From: a virus
Strand: one strand, 5' to 3'
Length of the DNA stretch: 64,000 bases
IMG/VR virus record: IMGVR_UViG_3300042453_005424
Span: 10,455-74,454 of that record
Part shown: piece after piece, positions 19,745-29,749 of the stretch
Layout: each line of letters begins with the position of its first letter
Numbering within the stretch: position 1 is the stretch's first letter
The notes under the pieces: model-generated
Seen by the model: the letters and a program-made list of their open reading frames with translations, nothing else
Databases searched by the model: none
What the model was told of the DNA's origin: nothing
Program-made: the position numbers and the translations under genes

Positions 19745-20668
19745 TTATTTAGTAGGTTGACCACCGACAATTTCTGTCTTGAGCTTTTCTAAAACCATGT
19801 CAGCAACAACAGAAGCTAATTTTGCCTGAGCTTCAACTTGAGCTTGCTCCTGCTTAGCTTCGGCCTGCTTAGTCTGCTCTTTTTGATAAAAACTCTCTAA
19901 TTCAGCAACTTTTGCTTTAAGGGTTTTATTTTCTTCAATTGCTTGCTCGAGAGCAGCTTCTTTTAAAATAGAATCAAAGTATTCAGCTCCTGCTTCTTCT
20001 GCTTTCTTTTCGGTTAAGCTATCCTCGGATTGAAGATTCTCGGCTGCTTGGGCGATCATCAGATCAAAATCACGGCGACCGGCCTCTTTTGTAAATTCTG
20101 CTTCATTAGGAGCGGAATATTCGCTAGCGCTCTTTAAGAGAGCTGCGCAAAATTGGCGGCCTAGTTCGTAGGAAGCAACTTTAGCAGCCAGCTCTTCAAC
20201 TTCAGCCTTTTTAGCCTCAGCTAAAGGAGCGCTATCGTCCGTGCTGGGCTTTTGCTCTCCTGTGGTTTGGGGTGTGTTATTTTCAGGTTTTACAGCATTT
20301 TTATCAACAGTTTCTTTGTCATCACTAATACTTTCCGATTTAACATCTCCAGGAGTTCCCTTAACTGTATCCTGTGCTTCGCCCTGCTTGCGAATAATGT
20401 CAAGAATTTCAGCTCCCAAGGTCTCTGCTGTTTTAGGCCCGCAACAAGGTGTAGCAGAGTCGTCAGAAGGTTTCTGATGATAGCCTTGCGCTACATTTTC
20501 AGGACCTACGGAATTTTTATTAGTCGTTTCATGCTCATCGCTAATACTGTTAGATTTCACATCTTCCCCCGGAACACCAGAAATATTTTTCTGTGCGTCG
20601 GCTGCTTGCTTTTTGACCATAGTGTGAAGTTGATTAAGGACTTCTGCGTGTTTTGTTAATTTTGCCAT
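19745..20668 (-). CDS. Putative scaffold/core protein with internal duplication
   Basis: Acidic, with two ~70-aa repeats (G.PG-DVKS.SISD..ET..KN.V.PEN...QKPS.DDSA) and many KxA motifs. AGGAGA SD. Confidence 0.6.
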   Translation of the reverse strand: MAKLTKHAEVLNQLHTMVKKQAADAQKNISGVPGEDVKSNSISDEHETTNKNSVGPENVAQGYHQKPSDDSATPCCGPKTAETLGAEILDIIRKQGEAQDTVKGTPGDVKSESISDDKETVDKNAVKPENNTPQTTGEQKPSTDDSAPLAEAKKAEVEELAAKVASYELGRQFCAALLKSASEYSAPNEAEFTKEAGRRDFDLMIAQAAENLQSEDSLTEKKAEEAGAEYFDSILKEAALEQAIEENKTLKAKVAELESFYQKEQTKQAEAKQEQAQVEAQAKLASVVADMVLEKLKTEIVGGQPTK

Positions 20669-20695
20669 GATTTTTGTTCTCCTGATTGTTTATAG

Positions 20696-20724
20696 ATTTT
20701 ATTTTAATTTAATGAAATTGTAAA
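20696..20724 (-). promoter_or_regulatory. Promoter TTTACA-N17-TAAAAT
   Basis: Read directly. Confidence 0.5.
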
Positions 20725-20727
20725 TAT

Positions 20728-21741
20728 TTATTTCTCTTCTTGTTTCTCTTTGTTATCTTCGGTTTTTCCTTTAGCTAAGTTATAAGCAACTGTTCCACCT
20801 GCAGCAGCTCCGCCTGCCGCAGCGGCACCTAACCCAATAGCTTTCTTATTACGTCTAAGAAAAGCAGCTGTATCTTTACCTTTGGTGAAAGATTCTCCGC
20901 CGCGCACCTTATCTGCTTTGTTTCCTTTTACAAACCCTTCAGCAAAATCTTTTGCTTTATTGTACTTAGAACTAACTGTCTTACCGGCAGAGCTCGTTGC
21001 GGCTCCAAAACGCCCGGCTAATGTAGGCGCCGGAAGAGATAATGCTGAAGATTTTACAAACTCAAGAATTTCAGCATCTGAAAACCCATATTCACGAGCG
21101 CGCTCTAAAACACCTTCGTAATAAGCAGCTGTTTTTTCATCAATTTCAGAAGTCGCGTCTTTGTCTCCGCGCAATTTCTTTAAATCGCTCGAATCAATTT
21201 TACCGTTATTGTTTAAATCTAATTTGTGCTGGTCTCCTTTTAATTCAGCTGCTTGTTTTACAAAATTAACAGTTTCGTTCAACGCCTGCTCATACAAATC
21301 AACCGCTTGTTTAAAAGAGGCTCCGTGCTCCACAGCTCTCTCTAAAAATCCTTCTATATACCCAGCAGATTTAACAAAATCCAACTCGGCGCTTTTAACA
21401 GCTTCTTCTTGAGGTTGTGTTCCGAGATGCGTAGCGATTGCTTGAGCTAATTCTCCAATCTCACCATCTTCCGAAGCTGATTGGCCTCCTTGGATATCTC
21501 CAGCCAACTCAGAGGCTAACTGCTCTAATTCTTCCGGAGATAAAGACGCAAGAAGCTGCTCCACTTCATCACCTCCCTGCGCTCCTCCTTCAACTCCAAT
21601 ATTTTCTTCTAACGCCTCTTGGGGCAGCTCTGGAGATGCTGCTGCTGGGGAAGGGGCAACCGGTGGAATATTCAGTTCTTCCGCAGCAAGCTTGTTTTTT
21701 AAAAATTCTGCGGCTAATTCAGTGGCTGATTTATTTGTCAT
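20728..21741 (-). CDS. Putative prohead core protein (two YxEG modules, EF-hand-like loop)
   Basis: YIEGFLERAVEHG, YYEGVLERAREYG, DLNNNGKIDSSDL, and a C-terminal Gly/Ala helix. Confidence 0.6.
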   Translation of the reverse strand: MTNKSATELAAEFLKNKLAAEELNIPPVAPSPAAASPELPQEALEENIGVEGGAQGGDEVEQLLASLSPEELEQLASELAGDIQGGQSASEDGEIGELAQAIATHLGTQPQEEAVKSAELDFVKSAGYIEGFLERAVEHGASFKQAVDLYEQALNETVNFVKQAAELKGDQHKLDLNNNGKIDSSDLKKLRGDKDATSEIDEKTAAYYEGVLERAREYGFSDAEILEFVKSSALSLPAPTLAGRFGAATSSAGKTVSSKYNKAKDFAEGFVKGNKADKVRGGESFTKGKDTAAFLRRNKKAIGLGAAAAGGAAAGGTVAYNLAKGKTEDNKEKQEEK

Positions 21742-21802
21742 ATGTTTGTATGTTGAGTATTAAGTTATATTAACTGAAAATTTGTATAACTCCAAGAATT
21801 TT

Positions 21803-23239
21803 TTAAAAATTCTGAATTATAGCGTTCAAAAGCAAGTCATCATCTAATTTATTTTGGTCCTCAAGGTATCTCAAAGCTGCCAATTTATAAGCTGTATATT
21901 GGTCAGCTAATTCACGAACTGCGGCTTCTTTCGATATCTCCGAGTTTTCTTTTTTACCTGTTAATTTATTCTGAGGTTTGCCTACAATCGTAATTCGCAA
22001 AATTCTTTGGTGTGCAGGAGCTCCAAAAAGAGAATGCCCGTCAAACAAACCATTCACCAATTTTTTAATCTCTTTTGGCATTATATCTGAAAAAGAGGGC
22101 TCATATTTTTCATTGTGTAAAATATCCTCATTCAAATCAGAAAAAGCAAAAGGAAGCCTAGTTTTTACTTTGCTGAATAAATCTTCGGTGTTTTTAATCT
22201 TTTTGGTTCCGAATAAATATTTTATAAAGTCTTCGAGAGAAAAAATGACACCTTTGTCTGCTAGCGCTCTTAGTAATTTAGAAGGTTCGAATTTACGCAG
22301 CTCTTCAAGAGTATCCTCAGAAATATTGTCGCTACTTTTAATTTTAGCTGCTTCATCTCGAATAAATTTATCTCGGCTGTTTTTAACCCCGCCTTTTATA
22401 ACTGTCTCAACACGCTTTTCTATCTCTGCCAGCTTGGCTACCAAATTTCTTTTCTCACTGGCATATTTTGACACATAAAGAGTATTGTCTTCCTCAGGAA
22501 CAACAAACCCTGGGTATAGATTAAAATAGTCCGCAGCTTTTTTAATATAAGTTCCGTCAGAAGCAACTTTTTTAAGAGACATACCTATCCTATCAGCAGG
22601 TCTGCCGACTATAGACAATTCGAACCATCTAGGATTTATATTATCCATACTGCACATTTCGCCGCGTTTGTTGATTTCGCCTAATTTAGATGGAATATGC
22701 TCGCAACGAGATCTGTCGTCTTTAGCTTCGTGGTCGCACCAAGTACATTTGTCATAAGCCACTTTAGCCGCCATCGAAACATTGATTTGTTTACCTTCTG
22801 ACAACTTTTGAATTTCTTCAGCACATTTATCATTATCCATTCCGATAATTAATTCAATACGGCGCATATTTTTATTATATGCGGCAGCTTTAATATTTCC
22901 GTATTTCGGGTCTTCAGGTTTATTTTTATGGTGCCTGTTTAAAGCACGCCCGTCGTACTTACCTTCTTTATTTTTTTTGCCTGAATATAAGAATGTTTTA
23001 TAATTGTTTACACATTCGGCTTCTTTAAAAATATCGCCGTTTCTATTAGCGCCAGTTCCTTCGTACGCACCAAGCGCAATAACTAATACATCAGTTTGTC
23101 CGGCTGTTTTCTCAGCACAAAGCTCATTGTGCGCAGCTCCTGTCTTAGCCAATGTATTTTTATTAGCCAGTATTTGTACAGGTTCTACATCCCAATTCCA
23201 ATCTTCAGTAGAACTAAATTTAATTAACCCCGAGTACAT
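21803..23239 (-). CDS. Prohead maturation protease (assemblin/HK97-like, with Cys/His zinc site)
   Basis: NRNGD, RHHKN, VSMAA...CTWC...CEH, WFELSIVGRPAD motifs. Upstream of scaffold and MCP genes. Confidence 0.8.
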   Translation of the reverse strand: MYSGLIKFSSTEDWNWDVEPVQILANKNTLAKTGAAHNELCAEKTAGQTDVLVIALGAYEGTGANRNGDIFKEAECVNNYKTFLYSGKKNKEGKYDGRALNRHHKNKPEDPKYGNIKAAAYNKNMRRIELIIGMDNDKCAEEIQKLSEGKQINVSMAAKVAYDKCTWCDHEAKDDRSRCEHIPSKLGEINKRGEMCSMDNINPRWFELSIVGRPADRIGMSLKKVASDGTYIKKAADYFNLYPGFVVPEEDNTLYVSKYASEKRNLVAKLAEIEKRVETVIKGGVKNSRDKFIRDEAAKIKSSDNISEDTLEELRKFEPSKLLRALADKGVIFSLEDFIKYLFGTKKIKNTEDLFSKVKTRLPFAFSDLNEDILHNEKYEPSFSDIMPKEIKKLVNGLFDGHSLFGAPAHQRILRITIVGKPQNKLTGKKENSEISKEAAVRELADQYTAYKLAALRYLEDQNKLDDDLLLNAIIQNF

Positions 23240-23242
23240 ATT

Positions 23243-24889
23243 TTAATTAATTCTTTCAGCGGCATCGAAATCCCCTCTTGATTTGAGGAGTGTTTTTTTC
23301 CATTCTTTAATTTGCTCGTCTTCAAAAGCTTTATTTTGAATAGCTCGCACCAAGGCATATAATCCAGAGCCGCCTAAGGCTATCCCTGCTCCGGCCGCCA
23401 AAGGGAGACCAGCCCTTCTCAATGTTCTTCTCAGCCCTGAAGATTGAAAGTTCGGATTCTTTATATCTCTTAAAGTTGTGTTAGCAAACATATGCTCCGC
23501 AGGATTTGCCGAAGAAAAATCTTTTCCGCCATTGATTTCTTTTATAATGTCTGATACCAGCCCTTCATTAAAATATTTGTCTGCTCCGGTGATATTTCCT
23601 TTTTCTAAAAGATCGCCAATTGCTTGATTTTTCCCAGGAACGAGACTATTGACTATTCCACGCAACTTGTTCGCTACAGGGCTAATATATTTCTTCTGTA
23701 AAAATTTCTGTACAGCCGGATTGTTTTTCAGCTCGTGCAAATCTTCACCAATATAAGATTTAAAAGGTTTTCCAGAATCTCTTTTCCTCTTATAACTTTC
23801 CATGAAATTTGCATAATCTTTGAGCTTTGCCTGTGCAGGAGATTGTCTGGCTTGGCTAATCAAGTTTTTTTGTGCCTGTTCTATTTCAGATATTCTAGAA
23901 GCATATTGCTCTTGTAATGTTTTTTTAGGCTTTTGGTCTCCGGTAGCCATGAGTTGCTCAAGCTTTCGATTGAAGTCTTCGCTAATAATACTTTTTTGCA
24001 TCTCTAATGCGCGGTATTGCGGAGCATAACCATGAGGCTCTAAAGTACGCATCAGATCATTGACTTTAGTTTTATAATCGGTCATCGCCGTTCCATAACC
24101 TATATCAAGATCTTTTAATTTACTTCTGTAGTAACTATCCAAATTTTCAAGAGCCCCGCCCTGCATATCTGTAGGATCTATATTCAAATCTTTTATTATT
24201 TGCTCAATAGGTTCGCCTTTTTTAGCCCTGCTCAAAGCATTAAGTTGCTCTTTCTGCGTTGCCGAATATTGCTTTCTAAAATTATCGATAGCTTCAGAAC
24301 GCTGCGCTTCGAGCATATTGAATTCTCCAGGATATTTCCGCATATCCGCTACTGGGCGGCGCTCAAGGTCATCTAATCTACGAAAACGCAATTCTGGAGA
24401 AACTTTTAAATCGTCACTCAGCTCGCCAAAAGTTCTAGCTATATCTTCGCGTAAAGGACCTCTTGAAGAATCTAGTAAGTTTGTGGGATTGCTTGGATCT
24501 AAAGGGTTATTAGCGCGAGCCATTTGCGCTTTTTCTGTAGCCATCATGTTCTGCATCTGGCGTAAATAATTAGTCGCTGCTCCGCCGGCTGCTACCCCAA
24601 GACCTATGGTGGGTGACTGCTTTAAAATATCGCTAAGTACAGATTGCGTTGGGTGCTCATCATAAAAAGTTTTTCCTTTATTGCTCTTAGTACCTGTCAA
24701 GTACTCGAGACCTACCACACCTTTTCTAACATGCTCTCGTAAAGCTTTAATTCGCTCTGCGTCATAACCTTTTAATTTACCGACATTAGAAGAAACTATT
24801 GGAGCTATCGCATGGTATAGGTCAGTGTCAAGCCCTGCGGCAGGATTCGCTAAGTCTTCTTGAAAAGCTGTTTGTGATGGTGTTGGCAT
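23243..24889 (-). CDS. Hypothetical helical virion protein with Gly-rich hydrophobic segments
   Basis: 548 aa with GLGVAAGG and AAGAGIALGGSGLY. Confidence 0.55.
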   Translation of the reverse strand: MPTPSQTAFQEDLANPAAGLDTDLYHAIAPIVSSNVGKLKGYDAERIKALREHVRKGVVGLEYLTGTKSNKGKTFYDEHPTQSVLSDILKQSPTIGLGVAAGGAATNYLRQMQNMMATEKAQMARANNPLDPSNPTNLLDSSRGPLREDIARTFGELSDDLKVSPELRFRRLDDLERRPVADMRKYPGEFNMLEAQRSEAIDNFRKQYSATQKEQLNALSRAKKGEPIEQIIKDLNIDPTDMQGGALENLDSYYRSKLKDLDIGYGTAMTDYKTKVNDLMRTLEPHGYAPQYRALEMQKSIISEDFNRKLEQLMATGDQKPKKTLQEQYASRISEIEQAQKNLISQARQSPAQAKLKDYANFMESYKRKRDSGKPFKSYIGEDLHELKNNPAVQKFLQKKYISPVANKLRGIVNSLVPGKNQAIGDLLEKGNITGADKYFNEGLVSDIIKEINGGKDFSSANPAEHMFANTTLRDIKNPNFQSSGLRRTLRRAGLPLAAGAGIALGGSGLYALVRAIQNKAFEDEQIKEWKKTLLKSRGDFDAAERIN

Positions 24890-24890
24890 A

Positions 24891-25826
24891 TTATGAATGT
24901 AATAAATATTGGTCAGCTGTGTTCATATCAGAAACATCTGAAATATTGTTTGTATTTTGTAGCTTTTTCAGCGCCTGTACAGCTTCATATTTATTTTTTG
25001 CTGCGGGCATAGAAGATAATATGCCGGATAGTAATGCTGAAGTTCCTCCTAAAACTGCAGGAAGTGCAGAACGTGTTTTGTAAGATAAATTTAAAAATGG
25101 AGCTTTCCGTAGTAAATGCCCTCCAGCTAAACCTGCCGCCCCTCCTATCCCAGCACCTAAAAGCCCTCCCTTTAGTCCGGCAATTCCTCCTGATATTACG
25201 GGGATGTCGTCGACCGCAGCATCTCGAGCTTTCAACAAATTCTCATTATATGCTCTTCGCTGTTCCCCAGTAAAATCATCGTAAACCGGAGAAACCCCGC
25301 GGCTAGCTAACTCTTTTTTAATATTAGCAAAATCAGCGGATGTCATATCGCCGGGATTCTGAAAAGCTTGTTTTTTGAATGAAGAAATTTTACTTACTCC
25401 GGCTGTGCTATCTTCAAAATAGGGCTGCATCTCCATCTTATTAGGTTTATACCCGAATGCGCGACCACCGGCGTCAAGTATAGGATTTCCTAAAACTGAA
25501 GCAAAGCCCATAACAGGCATATCTACAGCAGCTGCCGAGGCTATGGGACGATTTAAAAAATTAGGTAGCCCGCGACCAATTCTCCCCATAACCCCAGATC
25601 TCTCCGCTAACCTCGGAGCCGATTTCAGTAGTTGTTTTCTAGCTATCGAGGAGGCTACTAGAGGAAGCATAAACTTCCCTGCCTCTGCAATTAATGGGGC
25701 TACAAAAGCGAATTTATTTAACTCCTCATAGTTACTTTTATTACGTGAGTTTAATAAAATAGAATAAATTGATTGCGAGGCTGTTTTTTTATTAATAGCT
25801 TTGGATAATTTTTCACATAATTCCAT
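24891..25826 (-). CDS. Putative head-cargo protein (KxA motifs, glycine zipper)
   Basis: KKTAS, NKFAF, KKQAF, and GGLLGAGIGGAAGLAGG. Confidence 0.55.
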   Translation of the reverse strand: MELCEKLSKAINKKTASQSIYSILLNSRNKSNYEELNKFAFVAPLIAEAGKFMLPLVASSIARKQLLKSAPRLAERSGVMGRIGRGLPNFLNRPIASAAAVDMPVMGFASVLGNPILDAGGRAFGYKPNKMEMQPYFEDSTAGVSKISSFKKQAFQNPGDMTSADFANIKKELASRGVSPVYDDFTGEQRRAYNENLLKARDAAVDDIPVISGGIAGLKGGLLGAGIGGAAGLAGGHLLRKAPFLNLSYKTRSALPAVLGGTSALLSGILSSMPAAKNKYEAVQALKKLQNTNNISDVSDMNTADQYLLHS

Positions 25827-25828
25827 AA

Positions 25829-26203
25829 TTAAACATTTTCTATATATTCCCCTGTAAAAGTATCTGCGTTAGCTCTTAATGCCGAGAAAGCTGCGGTATA
25901 AGCAGCAACAAAATGGTCTTGATAAGCTTCGGCTTTTGTTTGTGTATTTGTCGAAAAAACACCTGCTTTAGAATCAAACTCTTGAGTAAAAGGCAAATCA
26001 GATCTTATTTTAATAAATTTATCAGGCAAAGTATATTCGTCAGGAGTACCACTTAAAACTACCCCGCCCGAATTAATAGCGGGTTCTCCGAATTTACGCA
26101 TTAACTCTTTATCGGATTCAGCTAATTTTTCTATATCCAGATAAAAAGTTATACTCCAAACATCATTATTTATAGTTCTTTTAATTTTTAATTGAGCCGG
26201 CAT
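25829..26203 (-). CDS. Hypothetical protein
   Basis: 124-aa ORF. Confidence 0.6.
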   Translation of the reverse strand: MPAQLKIKRTINNDVWSITFYLDIEKLAESDKELMRKFGEPAINSGGVVLSGTPDEYTLPDKFIKIRSDLPFTQEFDSKAGVFSTNTQTKAEAYQDHFVAAYTAAFSALRANADTFTGEYIENV

Positions 26204-26218
26204 AATAATTATATTCTA

Positions 26219-27664
26219 TTAAATTCTAAATTGCTCAGTCAAGCCACTGTTAAAAGCTTGAGTGGCAATTCTGCGTTTAAGCATGTCCACATCAAGTTTA
26301 GTCATTAAATCTGCGTCATGCGCACTTAAGGCTTGTGAAGCGACCATCGCTCTTAATTGTGCGCGTACCACTTCTTTCTCTTTAGATGTTTCTGGAGAAA
26401 GTCTTAATAACTGCTCGTAAGCTTTGGCTACTCGAACAGGGTTAACTCTAGATAATATGGGGTCAGTGAGCATTAATTCTTGCAATAAAAGCTTTCGCTC
26501 CATATTTTCTAACGTAAGATTAGGCTTAGTAGGTCTGCTTTGCGCGGCTCCTCCGAGTCGAGATCTTAAGTTATCTACAAAAGTACCTTTTAAAAAGTCG
26601 CCTAAGGGGTCTCTGTTAAACCCCGCAGCTGTCTTTTCCGCTGCTGCCTCGATGACAGGATCTTTAGCGTATTCTTTAGCTATTGTAAACTCAGGGTCTG
26701 ATACTTTTTTTTTAACTGCGTCAAGAACAGGATCTTCAGCGGCGTCTTTCTGAAGATCACCTGCAAAAGCTTTAGTCTCAGATGCATTCTCGGTAGAATT
26801 TTTTATGTCCGCCGTTTTTTTAAATTCTTTATACGCTTCTTTTGCAAAAGCTGATTCATACTTATAGTTCTCGAGCGCGTCCGCGGCTTCCTTTTCCAAT
26901 GCTACAAGTTCATGAGCTGATTCTATCAAGCGGTCAAAAAGTACGGCTTCTTTAGTCGGCTCAAACATAATATAACCCTTGTCGTGAACTCCTCGCTCCT
27001 CTTCTCGAGCAGCTGTCTTATGGATTAAGTCCAAATAAGGCACAGCCAGTTCTCCGTATTTAGAAAAAACTTGCGACTCAAATTCTTCAAAAGACGTTCT
27101 TGCGGCTGCATCTTTTCTAAACTCATGAGTCAACGCACAAAAAACATCATTCAAGTGTAACTCAGCGGCCACCTTATGTATCTCTGTCTCCTCTACCTGA
27201 CGAGCTAATTTTTCTATATACTGCGCTGACTTCTCGTAAAGAGTTTCGACTCTGGTTGGAAAGCTGTCATGCTGCTCGTCAGAATTCGCTATCTCCAAAT
27301 ATGCTTGTTTATACTGAGGGTTGTTAAGAATTCGGTTGTAGTTAAAAACTACGTCGTCAGAATCCGGAGTTATAAAGTTATCTGCTAATGTTTTAGCCGC
27401 GCTTTTTTCACTCACGCTCAATGCATCGGTAATAACTTTTGGAATATCCGCTATAGCGAATTCTTCTGCCCGATCTTCCGCTGTTTTAAAATGCCGATAA
27501 TGTAATGCCACGTTCAAAGCTTCGCCTGTACGTTGGATGTAATTCGGGTTTAGATCCATTTCTTCAGCCACTTTTTTAAGAGCTTCTGTAGGAGAATTCC
27601 CTTGGTTTACATATTGCACAGCTTCGTTCAATGCAGTTTTAATTAAAATATTAGGCTCTTCCAT
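26219..27664 (-). CDS. Hypothetical head-associated protein (KxA-rich)
   Basis: IKTA, FKTA, EKSA x2, HKTA, KKTA, EKTA. Confidence 0.6.
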   Translation of the reverse strand: MEEPNILIKTALNEAVQYVNQGNSPTEALKKVAEEMDLNPNYIQRTGEALNVALHYRHFKTAEDRAEEFAIADIPKVITDALSVSEKSAAKTLADNFITPDSDDVVFNYNRILNNPQYKQAYLEIANSDEQHDSFPTRVETLYEKSAQYIEKLARQVEETEIHKVAAELHLNDVFCALTHEFRKDAAARTSFEEFESQVFSKYGELAVPYLDLIHKTAAREEERGVHDKGYIMFEPTKEAVLFDRLIESAHELVALEKEAADALENYKYESAFAKEAYKEFKKTADIKNSTENASETKAFAGDLQKDAAEDPVLDAVKKKVSDPEFTIAKEYAKDPVIEAAAEKTAAGFNRDPLGDFLKGTFVDNLRSRLGGAAQSRPTKPNLTLENMERKLLLQELMLTDPILSRVNPVRVAKAYEQLLRLSPETSKEKEVVRAQLRAMVASQALSAHDADLMTKLDVDMLKRRIATQAFNSGLTEQFRI

Positions 27665-27672
27665 AATTTATA

Positions 27673-27700
27673 ATTGTAACAGGTTTAAAAACTATTTCAA
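27673..27700 (-). promoter_or_regulatory. Promoter TTGAAA-N16-(TG)TACAAT, 8 nt before ATG
   Basis: Read directly. Confidence 0.5.
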
Positions 27701-28783
27701 TTCAGTAATTGATTTATATTCCGGTAAGGTATTTTCTTTTAAAGCCAGCTGAGAAATTAATTTCAACGCTATTTCATCCTCTTCCTGCATATTTGTGTCA
27801 AAATCAACTTTGTCGTTAAGTATTCTAGTTGTACTTGCATCTAAATTTCTAACTTTAGCTTGGAAATATTTGATTTCCTCTTTTTTAATTAAAAACGACG
27901 CCAAGTTATTTATAACACTATTATAGTTTAAAGCATCTTTCTTATCTTCGATAGAAAAATATAAAGATGTAACGTTATCTATCATCGAATCACCTAAATA
28001 AGCATTAAGTCGTTCTCTTTCTTCGTAAGTTAAGCTGTGTGGGTCTGCATCTGCTTTTAACCCTAATTCTCCTAACGAACCTATGATTTTATAATATCTT
28101 CTATCAATATCGCTTATAATTTGATTATCTGCTAATTGTGTAAAATACGCTGCGCGAGCTACAACCTCGGTGGGAGCATTTGAAAAGTCAAAAAACAGTT
28201 CTCTGAGTGCGCGAACCTGTTTAGGATATAATCTATGCCTTTTAGCTATTTCACTATCCGAAAGACCTGCAAAAATACAATAACCTATTACGCAACATGT
28301 CCTCCGATGATCTTTAGAACTATGAAACTTGACCGCAAAGTCATATTCTGAATAATATTTAATTTTAGCTGTGTGATATAAAAAATTGCGTAAAGGCTCG
28401 TCTAAAATCAAATCTATAAATTTACAATTCCAAAGCTTGATGTCGTCTGATTTATACGTAGGAACAAAAAGTTTTTTATCCCCCTGTTTTTTAAGTTTTT
28501 TATTGAACAGTTTAAAAAACATACTCTTCTGATCCATGGTTAATTTCGAAATGGCCTTAGATATGAATGGTGTGAAAGAATAAGCTAACGCCGCGTTATT
28601 CAACAAATCTTGGTTACTTGTAAGATACCTGCGCAACCGATTAGCTCCATCTCTAGGCTTATCCCTACAATAAGCCAAATTAGCTCTGTGGGGCTCTAAA
28701 TAAATTAGATACCGCCAATTAGGAAAATTAAAAAATGAGCCTATTTGATTAAGCGTAATAGGCATTAATGTTTTAAGCTTCAT
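27692..28783 (-). CDS. Hypothetical protein with possible HTH
   Basis: AGLSDSEIAKRHRLYPKQVRALRELFFD. Confidence 0.5.
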   Translation of the reverse strand: MKLKTLMPITLNQIGSFFNFPNWRYLIYLEPHRANLAYCRDKPRDGANRLRRYLTSNQDLLNNAALAYSFTPFISKAISKLTMDQKSMFFKLFNKKLKKQGDKKLFVPTYKSDDIKLWNCKFIDLILDEPLRNFLYHTAKIKYYSEYDFAVKFHSSKDHRRTCCVIGYCIFAGLSDSEIAKRHRLYPKQVRALRELFFDFSNAPTEVVARAAYFTQLADNQIISDIDRRYYKIIGSLGELGLKADADPHSLTYEERERLNAYLGDSMIDNVTSLYFSIEDKKDALNYNSVINNLASFLIKKEEIKYFQAKVRNLDASTTRILNDKVDFDTNMQEEDEIALKLISQLALKENTLPEYKSITELK

Positions 28784-29729
28784 GCGGTCCGAGGCCCTGC
28801 GTTATGCTGCCTAATACTCCTCCTACAGCAGCCATAGGCAGAGCTGTCCTTTTTATAGCCTTTGGCGTATTTCTCAACATATTTAAAAAATCTTTTTTAA
28901 TAACATTCACGGGCGCACCTCGCTTACCGCTAAACGCAGACCATAAGGATCTAGGTGCGTCAACCAGAGGAGCTGCTGCTCCAGTAATTCCTCCCAAAGC
29001 GCCGCCTAAACCTACCCCTAAAAGTCCGTTTTTTAAATTACTTAAAATAAAATCATTTTTTTCTGTATTATTCCGCCTAGTCACGCTTAATAAATCAGCT
29101 ACAGGAAAGCTAGAAAGATATGGCTGAGCTTCTATCACGCGGGCGGCGTCCTCGAGCGCGGCGTCAGGTAGCTTTGTTTTGCCTGCCAAAAAAGGAACAG
29201 CCGTACCGCTAGCTGCGCCTAAGATTGCTCCCGTGGCTGTATCATTGATCACGCCGTGTGTAAACTTTTTACGGTGGGCATGCTCATTATTAAATATACG
29301 CTTCGTTGTTTTGACTGGAGAAAAAGGTAATCTTAATTTACCTCCTGGTCCTCTTAATCCTCTGAACCCCATCAACCGTATTGCTGACGACAATAAAAAA
29401 CTGGCAGGAATTCCGCCTAGCCCCATAGACAAAGAGTTGCTAAGCATCTGTTTTCCAATTTCAGATTTAGCTTCTTTAGTATTTTTTATTTTTTCAATAG
29501 CCCTACGGACTTGAGCTTTGCGGGTCTCTGTGTTTCTAGAAATAACAGCCAAGGAAGTCGGGACGTCTTCAAAAAGCCCAGCCACAGTCTTTAATCTGCC
29601 TGGGAAGTCTCCCATAAAATCAGCAGCATTATACTTATTAGGTTGAGTAAAATAAATATTTTCGCGCAATAATTTTAAAGCTAAATAACGCTTTAATAAA
29701 CTATTATCATTTTCAATAGGAGTATCCAT
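28773..29729 (-). CDS. Glycine-zipper protein, putative virion component
   Basis: GAILGAASG, GLLGVGLGGALGG, AVGGVLG. Confidence 0.55.
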   Translation of the reverse strand: MDTPIENDNSLLKRYLALKLLRENIYFTQPNKYNAADFMGDFPGRLKTVAGLFEDVPTSLAVISRNTETRKAQVRRAIEKIKNTKEAKSEIGKQMLSNSLSMGLGGIPASFLLSSAIRLMGFRGLRGPGGKLRLPFSPVKTTKRIFNNEHAHRKKFTHGVINDTATGAILGAASGTAVPFLAGKTKLPDAALEDAARVIEAQPYLSSFPVADLLSVTRRNNTEKNDFILSNLKNGLLGVGLGGALGGITGAAAPLVDAPRSLWSAFSGKRGAPVNVIKKDFLNMLRNTPKAIKRTALPMAAVGGVLGSITQGLGPHEA

Positions 29730-29749
29730 TTAAGTTACTCATGCGCGTA

